A DNA stretch of 64,000 nucleotides from a virus (lineage: Duplodnaviria; Caudoviricetes). Both the position numbers and the translations under genes were made by a program. The notes beneath the pieces were generated by a model. The model saw nothing but the letters and a program-made list of their open reading frames with translations. It was not told the origin of the DNA and ran no database searches. Of this stretch, positions 56,750 through 64,000 are shown piece after piece. Each line of letters starts with the position of its first letter. Within the stretch, counting starts at the first letter, position 1. The DNA is taken from the IMG/VR virus record IMGVR_UViG_3300042542_006078. One strand, written 5' to 3'.

Positions 56750-57493
56750 ATGGACTGCACAGTAATCATTCCCACTCTTGAAATGGCCTTGCCAGCAACT
56801 GATTTAATTGTACAAGAATTAGTTCATAATTCTGAAAATGTAAAGAAGATAATTTTTATAAATAACAGAAAAGAACCAACTTTAGCGGCAAGATATTCAG
56901 ATTTTTCTAAGATAGTTTTTTTAGATAATTTGCCAAATTTGATTGTAAATCCTGCATGGAATTATGGCATGAATTTGGTTGAAACCAAGTATTACATTTT
57001 ACTCAATGATGATTTAATTGTAAGTGGAAAATTGATAGATGAGATTATAAAATTACATGAATCTAATGATTCTTTTAATCTTACAACAATAAACACTCAT
57101 CGAATATTTGGCATGACTCCTGATAATTTAGCAAATGCAAAAAAAGAGTTTTCTCAAAGTAAATTATCTATTCCTTTGAAATATAAAAAAGTTCATTACC
57201 CCAATTATCGTCAAGGATGGTTCATGCTTGGCAAAACTGCTGAGTGGACTCCAATTTATATACCAGCATGTGGTGTGTTGATGAATGGAGATGATTGGAT
57301 TTATCAAAGAAATCTTGAAAAATTTGGAGCAGCTATTTTTATTGAAAATAATTATTTATGGCATTTTGAAAGTACATCTTCCAATCATGTGTCTCATGGA
57401 AGAAATGATGTAATTGAAAGTGTTGCAAAACCATTAGAACTAGACCATGAATTGATTGTTAGAAATTATGGAAATATTTTTTTGGGCAAATAA
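56750..57493 (+). CDS. GT2 family glycosyltransferase
   Basis: TVIIPT, FINN, NPAWNYG, YYILLNDD, GDDWIY, WHFES. Confidence 0.8.
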   Translation: MDCTVIIPTLEMALPATDLIVQELVHNSENVKKIIFINNRKEPTLAARYSDFSKIVFLDNLPNLIVNPAWNYGMNLVETKYYILLNDDLIVSGKLIDEIIKLHESNDSFNLTTINTHRIFGMTPDNLANAKKEFSQSKLSIPLKYKKVHYPNYRQGWFMLGKTAEWTPIYIPACGVLMNGDDWIYQRNLEKFGAAIFIENNYLWHFESTSSNHVSHGRNDVIESVAKPLELDHELIVRNYGNIFLGK

Positions 57494-57498
57494 TTAAG

Positions 57499-57972
57499 AT
57501 GAAAACTTTAGTTTTAGCGAGATATAATGAAAACATTTCATGGTCAAGTAAATATGACCATGTTTATATTGTTCAGAAGGAAAGAGATTTGCCAAATAAA
57601 GGAAGAGAGTCTTCATCTTATATTTGGTGGGTAATTCAAAATTATGAAAAATTACCAGAAAAAGTGCATTTTTTACAAGGCAATCCATTTGCTCACACAA
57701 ACGATAATTTGGAATCGACTTATTTTCCTGAAACTGATAGAAATGGCTGTGCGCTTCATTGCGGTTTGAAATTTGAAGAAATAACTATACCTCTTGGAAT
57801 AGAGTTGCCAGAAAGATGGTCATTTCCTGCTGGAGCAAATTTTGAAGTCACTAAAAGTGAAATTTTGAAATATAAGTATGATTGGTATAAAAAAGCTTAT
57901 AATCTGTCTATGAATCACGAACAAGCGCCTTGGATTTTTGAGCGTTTATGGTGTTTGATATACAAATTATAA
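57499..57972 (+). CDS. DUF3431-like protein
   Basis: LVLARYNENISW, NKGRESSSYIWW..NYEKLP..FLQGNPFAH, PWIFERLW. Confidence 0.75.
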   Translation: MKTLVLARYNENISWSSKYDHVYIVQKERDLPNKGRESSSYIWWVIQNYEKLPEKVHFLQGNPFAHTNDNLESTYFPETDRNGCALHCGLKFEEITIPLGIELPERWSFPAGANFEVTKSEILKYKYDWYKKAYNLSMNHEQAPWIFERLWCLIYKL

Positions 57973-57989
57973 AAAAGGAAAAATTAAAT

Positions 57990-59072
57990 TTGAAAAGAGT
58001 ATTAGTTGTTGGTTGCGGGTTGTATGGGGCAACAGTAGCCAGATTGTTATGTAAAAATTTTCGAGTGTATTTAATTGATAAAAGAAATCATATAGGCGGT
58101 AATTGTTATTCAGAATTCAAAAATAACATACATGTTCACAAATATGGACCACATGCATTTCATACCAATAGTGTAAAAATATGGGATTTTATAAGACAAT
58201 ATTCGGATTTTAACGATTTTAGGCTTAAAGTTATAGTAAATTATGATGGAAAGTACTATAACTTCCCAATAAATCTTATAACTCTGAATAATATTCTAGG
58301 CATAAAGAATTTGAAAGAAGCCGAAGAGTTTATTCAAAATAGAAAAGAAAATAATCAAAATTTTCAAGATTTTGTTATATCAAAGGTCGGCGTAAATTTG
58401 TATAAAATATTTTATGAAGGTTATACGACTAAACAATGGAATAAAAACCCAATTGAATTACCGGCATCAATAGCAAAAAGAATTCCTATAAGACTGGATT
58501 TTGATGAAAATTATTTTACAGATAAATATCAAGGCGTTCCGATAAATGGTTATACTAGAATGTTTGAAAATATGCTGGATCATAAAAATATAGAATTTAA
58601 TTTGAATGTGGATTTTTTTGATAACAAGAAATCATTAATTAATGATTTCGACCATGTGATTTATACTGGAAAAATTGATCAATTTTTTGATTATCAAGAT
58701 GGAGTTCTTGAATATAGGTCTTTGAAATTTCGAGAAGAGTATCACGATTCTACTTTTCAAGGAAACGCTCAAATTAATTATACAAACGCAGAAATACCTT
58801 ACACAAGAATAGTTGAACATAAATTTTTTCACAATCCATCAATTAAACACACAATTGTAACTTACGAATATCCAGATGACTATAATCCAGAAAAAATACC
58901 TTATTACCCTATTGAAACTGAAAACAATAAATTATTGTATTTCAAATATAAGTCACTTGCAGATGAGATGGAAAATTTTACATTCGGAGGTCGCCTTGGC
59001 ACATATTCATATATGAACATGGATCAAATAATTGGCAAGGCGATGAATGATTGTGAAAAAATAAATATTTAG
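57990..59072 (+). CDS. glf: UDP-galactopyranose mutase
   Basis: VVGCGLYG FAD motif, HIGGNCY, HKYGPHAFHT, YQGVP..GYT, EYRSL, GRLGTYSY.MDQ. Confidence 0.93.
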   Translation: MKRVLVVGCGLYGATVARLLCKNFRVYLIDKRNHIGGNCYSEFKNNIHVHKYGPHAFHTNSVKIWDFIRQYSDFNDFRLKVIVNYDGKYYNFPINLITLNNILGIKNLKEAEEFIQNRKENNQNFQDFVISKVGVNLYKIFYEGYTTKQWNKNPIELPASIAKRIPIRLDFDENYFTDKYQGVPINGYTRMFENMLDHKNIEFNLNVDFFDNKKSLINDFDHVIYTGKIDQFFDYQDGVLEYRSLKFREEYHDSTFQGNAQINYTNAEIPYTRIVEHKFFHNPSIKHTIVTYEYPDDYNPEKIPYYPIETENNKLLYFKYKSLADEMENFTFGGRLGTYSYMNMDQIIGKAMNDCEKINI

Positions 59073-59836
59073 TTTTTTTGCCAAAAAACTCCGCAGCCAT
59101 CTATGTGTGTTAAAGGTGTTGTTATTTTATTTCTTTCTCTAAACACAATTGTTGCTCTTTGACATCCTCTTACTGCGCTGTAGTCATCAATAATTACAAA
59201 TCCTTGGTTCTCAACTTTATGATAGCAAGAATCAAAAACATCCATAGTTGATTTATACATGTCTCCATCCATGCGTAAAATGCATAGTTTTTTTATGTCT
59301 TGGTTATTTGGCAATGTATCTGAAAACCAGCCTTTCAAAAATATGACATTCTCGTCCAATTCTTGATGCATTTCAAAGTTTTTCTTAACTTCTTCCAGAG
59401 AAACCTGAAGAAATTCCATTGTGTGATGATGATCTCCTTCATCTTCTGGATGTTCAGGTTTTGGCAATCCTTCAAATGAATCGGCAACAAAAACTTTTTT
59501 GTTCATATTGTATAGTTGAAAATATTTTTTGACGAATATACATGCTCCGCCACGCCATACTCCAGTTTCTATAAAGTCGCCATCAATATTATTTATTCTG
59601 ACTTCATCAAGACATTTGTGCAAGTTATTCAAGCGCATGATTCCTATCATAGTTTGCGCTCTTTGAGGCCAGTCAGAGCCATTTTTCCTATTGGCTGGTA
59701 CTGAAGTTTTTAGAATATTTTGAATTTCTTGATCATTTGGGTATTGATTTGTTTCAAAATATTTTTGAAAAATGTCTTCATCATTGACGGTATCTGTTAA
59801 AATTCTTTTTAGGAATTCCAGTTTCAAATCAATCAC
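59069..59836 (-). CDS. TylF/MycF/NovP family sugar O-methyltransferase
   Basis: QTMIG..RL.NL, GDFIETGVWRGG, DSFEGLP, KGWFSDTLP, LRMDGDMYKST. Confidence 0.9.
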   Translation of the reverse strand: MIDLKLEFLKRILTDTVNDEDIFQKYFETNQYPNDQEIQNILKTSVPANRKNGSDWPQRAQTMIGIMRLNNLHKCLDEVRINNIDGDFIETGVWRGGACIFVKKYFQLYNMNKKVFVADSFEGLPKPEHPEDEGDHHHTMEFLQVSLEEVKKNFEMHQELDENVIFLKGWFSDTLPNNQDIKKLCILRMDGDMYKSTMDVFDSCYHKVENQGFVIIDDYSAVRGCQRATIVFRERNKITTPLTHIDGCGVFWQKN

Positions 59837-60410
59837 AAATTCTCCTTAGGATTGTTAATCCGTTGTTGTTGACATAAACTTTATGGATTTCCCATTTTTT
59901 GCCTTCATGTGTATGCAAGAATTCATCAATTGCAGGAAGAAGTCCTTGTTTATCAGAATCGATATTTTTTAGTTTACAATCTGGCCAATATATTGGTTCA
60001 TCTAAATTTCCATATGTTGTTGTATCATGCAAGATAATATATTTTTTTGTTTTATGTGAATGTAATTCAAGTTCTTTTTTAAGCTGAAGATATCTGTGTA
60101 AGGTGTCTATGAAAAGCAATTCTGTTTCTTCAATTTCTACATCAAGAACATCAGCATTGATGTATTGAAAATTAATTTCTTCTTTTTCCGCTTCTCTCTT
60201 TACATCGCTCATGTCAATAACTGATATATCATAGCATTTGAATGTTTTTGGTTTGCCTGCGAGTAGAGCCCATGTAGACACAATTCCTCTTACTCCCATT
60301 TCGGTGATATGTTGGCATTTTGCCGCATAGTTTTTCAGCGTTTCAAGATGCTGATTAATGTCTGATTCTGTGTTTTTTTTAAGTTCGTAATTTTGGTTTA
60401 TTATCGACAT
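59829..60410 (-). CDS. class I SAM-dependent methyltransferase
   Basis: EMGVRGIVST, LLFIDTLH..LKKEL, IILHDT. Confidence 0.75.
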   Translation of the reverse strand: MSIINQNYELKKNTESDINQHLETLKNYAAKCQHITEMGVRGIVSTWALLAGKPKTFKCYDISVIDMSDVKREAEKEEINFQYINADVLDVEIEETELLFIDTLHRYLQLKKELELHSHKTKKYIILHDTTTYGNLDEPIYWPDCKLKNIDSDKQGLLPAIDEFLHTHEGKKWEIHKVYVNNNGLTILRRICD

Positions 60411-60439
60411 AATTCCTCAATTGTTGTTTACATATAATT

Positions 60440-60853
60440 ATGGCAGCAAAGTTAGGTTTTCAAGAATATGTTCTATTAAAAGAGGGCAACAGCCGTACCG
60501 CTCTCAAGACATTGCTTTATCCTCTTTCGTATGGAGGATTGGGCAATTATCCTCCTGCTCACTACCTTCCTCAAGCAGCGGATGCTATTCTCTATGTTTC
60601 TCAAGATGAAAGATTGTACTGTAATGGCGACAAGTCTCCGTTCGATATAACTCATATTCCCGGTCATAAACAATATGGAGACAAGGTCAATAACGGTGAG
60701 GGCAAGCCTTGGGATATTCATTTAGTTCCCGGCAAGCCAAGAGAGCCGCTTGATCATGATCTTCCCGGCAAACAAATTCCTTACAAAGGATTTGTGAGGC
60801 TCATTACTAACATAAAATGTATTAGTCCCAAAGGACATAATTTGCCTGATTGA
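60440..60853 (+). CDS. hypothetical protein with capsid-targeting-like N-terminus
   Basis: MAAKLGFQEYVLLKE; no SD. Confidence 0.6.
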   Translation: MAAKLGFQEYVLLKEGNSRTALKTLLYPLSYGGLGNYPPAHYLPQAADAILYVSQDERLYCNGDKSPFDITHIPGHKQYGDKVNNGEGKPWDIHLVPGKPREPLDHDLPGKQIPYKGFVRLITNIKCISPKGHNLPD

Positions 60854-60875
60854 ACATTCCGTCAACTCCTGACGG
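60852..60875 (+). promoter_or_regulatory. CRISPR-repeat-like hairpin in 5' UTR
   Basis: GAACATT-CCGTC-AACTCCT-GACGG: exact stem and loop length; followed by SD GGAG (60878) and ATG 60889. Confidence 0.7.
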
Positions 60876-60888
60876 ATGGAGAGTAAAA

Positions 60889-61116
60889 ATGAATGATAAA
60901 CACATGAGAACATTGGCCGCTTTTGAGCAAGTCGGGGCCTTTCTGAACATATTTGCCAATTTCCTTTATTCTTATCACAAAGACCTCGTCAACGCTGGAT
61001 TCCAAAGAGACGAAGCATTAAAATTGGTTAGGCAGCTACAAGCGACAATATTTAAGGAATCATTTAACAATAGCACAACAAATGATCCTGATTTGGATCG
61101 GGATTACGAAGAATAA
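60889..61116 (+). CDS. hypothetical protein
   Basis: SD GGAG supports ATG 60889 over TTG 60850. Confidence 0.6.
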   Translation: MNDKHMRTLAAFEQVGAFLNIFANFLYSYHKDLVNAGFQRDEALKLVRQLQATIFKESFNNSTTNDPDLDRDYEE

Positions 61117-61198
61117 TTCTTAGTGTTTGGTGAAAATATATCGCCATGCTGAATCATTTTTTTAGACATCGCCTTCAGAATCTTAAATAGATTAGGAG

Positions 61199-61795
61199 GT
61201 GACTGTGTTTGCACATCGGAAAGTGCTTGTTCTCAATAAATCTTGGAGAGCCATTGGCATTATCACTCTTGAAAAGGCCATGGCAAAGATATTTTCTACT
61301 TATGATGATGGAACACCAAAGGCGAAAATTATTGATCCTAGCAATAATTTCATGCTTTTTGAGTGGGAAGAATGGTCGATGATAAGACCATCTGAAGGCG
61401 AGTTGAAAATAAGGACAATTAACAACTCTTTTAGAGTTCCAGAGGTTATTCAGTATACCAAATACGATAAAATGCCTTCTACCAAGGCGCACTTCAATAG
61501 AAAGAGTTTGTATCGAAGAGACAGAAGTACATGTCAATATTGCGGCGAGAAAAAAATAGCCGAGCAGCTTTCATTGGATCATGTTTTGCCAAGATGTCAG
61601 GGAGGCATGACTAATTGGGAAAACATTGTTGTTGCTTGCAAGGATTGCAATTCAAAGAAGGCTGGAAGAACTCCCAAGCAAGCTGGCATGAAATTATTGA
61701 AAGAACCCAAAAGGCCATTGTCAAGTTTGTATCTTGATGAATTGCATATTGAATCATGGTCGCATTTCTTGAATTTTGATGACATTATTTCTTGA
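61199..61795 (+). CDS. HNH endonuclease
   Basis: RDRSTCQYCG, LDHVLPR.QGG..NWEN.V.ACKDCN.KK; AGGAGG SD; TAAATA at 61184. Confidence 0.9.
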   Translation: MTVFAHRKVLVLNKSWRAIGIITLEKAMAKIFSTYDDGTPKAKIIDPSNNFMLFEWEEWSMIRPSEGELKIRTINNSFRVPEVIQYTKYDKMPSTKAHFNRKSLYRRDRSTCQYCGEKKIAEQLSLDHVLPRCQGGMTNWENIVVACKDCNSKKAGRTPKQAGMKLLKEPKRPLSSLYLDELHIESWSHFLNFDDIIS

Positions 61796-61825
61796 TTTGA
61801 TTTGCCGATCATGCTAAAATCAAGT

Positions 61826-61849
61826 TGATAAACCGTCTTTTTCAGACGG
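61826..61849 (+). promoter_or_regulatory. CRISPR-repeat-like hairpin in 5' UTR
   Basis: TGATAAA-CCGTC-TTTTTCA-GACGG: exact 5-bp stem and 7-nt loop with unpaired flanks; 20 nt before TTG 61870. Confidence 0.7.
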
Positions 61850-61869
61850 CGCAACAGTAAAAAAGAGAT

Positions 61870-62085
61870 TTGTCTATGTGGTTAAAACTTTCTACAAGCT
61901 GGCTCAACATGAGCAATATTGTTCGTGTTGAGTTTATTGAGGAAAAGACGAGCCGTTTAGCAACTGTTATTTCAGTAAAACCGGGTGGATCAGATAAGAC
62001 TGTTTACGGTTCTGATGATGCTTTGCTAATCGAAAAATATTTGACTTCTACTCAAAGTCAAAAAAGTAAAAAAAGCTCTTCATGA
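61870..62085 (+). CDS. hypothetical protein
   Basis: 71 aa (alternative ATG 61876). Confidence 0.55.
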   Translation: MSMWLKLSTSWLNMSNIVRVEFIEEKTSRLATVISVKPGGSDKTVYGSDDALLIEKYLTSTQSQKSKKSSS

Positions 62086-62092
62086 GGCTGAT

Positions 62093-63175
62093 ATGATACC
62101 AACAATATTCACTCTACTTGCTTCTGCTGTAGGATTTTGGGCTTTTTGCAAATACATCTTACTTGTTGAGATCAGAGTGGACTCTGATATCTACAAGACT
62201 TTGTTTGACCATTTTAGGAATTCAAATAAATTTACCTTGAACGAAGAGTTTACATCGGAATCGAGACATCCAGTCCTTTACATAGCATTCGTTTTTTCTG
62301 ATAAGACTCCTTGGTTTTTACTTTCACATAGTGAAAGATTGTTACAGGCTGGTTGGCACGGTAAAGATCATGTCACCATGATTTTTTGTTTGCGTTGGAA
62401 TTATAAGGCAATAAAGCAATTTCTTTCTCACGAATTAAAGGAATCAAGCCTTAAAACATTAGGAATTCCAGTCCGCATTTTGCTTCCTTATAGTGTTGAT
62501 AAAATTGGTTCAATTAAGCAGAAAGCTCCAGAGCCAATAATGAATCGTTCTTTATGGGGTGATATTGATGATGATATTTATGAGATGTTACAAGGTAAAA
62601 GGTTAAAGACAGGTGCTATTTTGTATGGTCTGCCGGGAAATGGCAAAAGTAGTTTAGTTAAATATATTTCAACCAAATATAACTTGCCAATCATGATTTT
62701 CACTCTAAATCCAGAGTGGAGTAATCACGATTTATTGATTATGTTTTCAAACATTCCCAAAAAATGCATTGTTTTAATGGAAGATTTTGACAATTATTTT
62801 GACAAGAGACAATGCATTATGGGCTCATCTGATAAGGTTGGAGTTAAATTTACCTTTGATATTTTCTTGAATGGTCTTGATGGTGTTTACAACACATATG
62901 AGAATGTCGTTTTTATCATGACTGCAAACGACATTGAAAAGATAGATGATGCCATCAAGCAAAGGCCTAGTAGGTTCAAGTTTCTAAAGCATTTCCATAA
63001 TCCAGATATGGAAACAAGATTGAAACTTCTTCCTCAAGATTGGGCAAAATCAACAGATGGCCTTAATCTTGATCAGATTTTCAAGATATCTGAATTGCAT
63101 CGAAATGGATGCGAATTTGAATTGGCCTTACAGAAAATTGATCGTCGCCAACAGATTCAGCCTACTGTTGGCTGA
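62093..63175 (+). CDS. membrane-anchored AAA ATPase (BCS1-like)
   Basis: N-terminal TM; GLPGNGKS, VLMEDFD, LNGLDG, MTAN, RPSRF. Confidence 0.8.
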   Translation: MIPTIFTLLASAVGFWAFCKYILLVEIRVDSDIYKTLFDHFRNSNKFTLNEEFTSESRHPVLYIAFVFSDKTPWFLLSHSERLLQAGWHGKDHVTMIFCLRWNYKAIKQFLSHELKESSLKTLGIPVRILLPYSVDKIGSIKQKAPEPIMNRSLWGDIDDDIYEMLQGKRLKTGAILYGLPGNGKSSLVKYISTKYNLPIMIFTLNPEWSNHDLLIMFSNIPKKCIVLMEDFDNYFDKRQCIMGSSDKVGVKFTFDIFLNGLDGVYNTYENVVFIMTANDIEKIDDAIKQRPSRFKFLKHFHNPDMETRLKLLPQDWAKSTDGLNLDQIFKISELHRNGCEFELALQKIDRRQQIQPTVG

Positions 63176-63797
63176 TCGTCCACATAAATTTATTATTGCT
63201 AAATGTGGTGACTCGTCCCAAGGTGTCTGCAACAGCTTGTTTTATTGGTGGATGAAACCAGTCATCTCCAACAAGTATTCCTCCTTGTTTGACTAGTTTT
63301 GAGTAGTTCGTAAGATCATTTTTAACCGAATCGTATTCATGACCAGCATCGATGTATATAAAATCTGCTTGAATGCCATATTTTTTCAAAACTAAAGCTC
63401 CATTTATTGAATCAATTGGAAATGGAGTGATATATTCTGTTGTTTCAGTGTGGATTACATTTGAAATAAACTGATCGTAAATTGTTGGCTTTCCATTTTT
63501 GAATTTGGAAATGGGTAATTTTTCATCTTCGTGAGTCCAATGTTCGACAGAGCCGAGCCAAGTATCAATGCAAAGAATTTCTGTATTAAGACCTAATCTT
63601 TTACATATTTTTGCCATGTTGATGGCCGATCTTCCTTTCCATGATCCAACCTCAATAATTCTTTGAGGTTTGAAATTTTGGATTACAAAATCAAAGATTG
63701 GAGAATCGCTTGCCCAGCCCTGCAAGTCAATTTCTAAAGGTTGAAAATCTGCATATATGTCGTGATTTCCATAAATTATTTTCCTCATTTCTTTCAT
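63162..63797 (-). CDS. class I SAM-dependent methyltransferase (Methyltransf_24-like)
   Basis: IIEVGSWKGRSA, CIDTW.GS, FIYIDAGHEY..V..D...Y..LVK.GGILVGDD. Confidence 0.85.
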   Translation of the reverse strand: MKEMRKIIYGNHDIYADFQPLEIDLQGWASDSPIFDFVIQNFKPQRIIEVGSWKGRSAINMAKICKRLGLNTEILCIDTWLGSVEHWTHEDEKLPISKFKNGKPTIYDQFISNVIHTETTEYITPFPIDSINGALVLKKYGIQADFIYIDAGHEYDSVKNDLTNYSKLVKQGGILVGDDWFHPPIKQAVADTLGRVTTFSNNKFMWTISQQ

Positions 63798-64000
63798 GAA
63801 AAATTTCTCCCTCTAAATCTAAATTAGAGTAAAGTCAACAAATTCAATCTCCATGAATTCTCTAGGGAATTTAATTCCACTTGCATATTCTGAATTACTA
63901 CTGCTATTCCATTTTTCCTTAATCCTTTTAAGGATAACGGGATTGTGTGCGAAAAATAGTTCTACCTCCCTTGTCATGATTTTTTCATTTTGAATAGTAA

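Noticed and set aside
61199-61795. HNH gene as a mobile homing element
   Set aside because: Free-standing with its own SD; no interrupted host gene or flanking repeats seen.
1-64000. Stop-codon reassignment, as seen in some huge phages
   Set aside because: Conserved genes are intact in code 11 and end in TAA, TAG or TGA.
1-64000. Specific host assignment (for example Planctomycetota)
   Set aside because: Only weak hints (CAP-like secreted protein, diderm-type lipoprotein); needs spacer matches or phylogeny of IF3, DnaJ and PDF.

Overview
AT-rich, densely coding segment of what is most likely a jumbo/huge T4-superfamily-like bacteriophage using the standard genetic code. It carries a compact type V-I CRISPR locus: an intact 1033-aa Cas12i-family effector, a leader, and a 10-repeat/9-spacer array, with no cas1/cas2/cas4 in the window. 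DnaE is split, without an intein, into two genes 5.8 kb apart. Translation and folding genes include tmRNA, tRNA-Arg(TCT), bS21, IF3, peptide deformylase, GroES and DnaJ. There are also a sigma factor, PhoH, dUTPase, many glycosyl-/methyltransferases and lectin-like virion proteins. The most striking observation is that solitary copies of the Cas12i repeat hairpin (CCGTC-N7-GACGG) lie far from the array, directly on the translation-initiation regions of several phage genes. The best copy, with a full CTTAGAAATCCGTC handle, ends 3 nt before the infC start codon. This suggests the phage Cas12i may also process or repress its own mRNAs. All family calls come from motif recognition by eye; no database searches were run.
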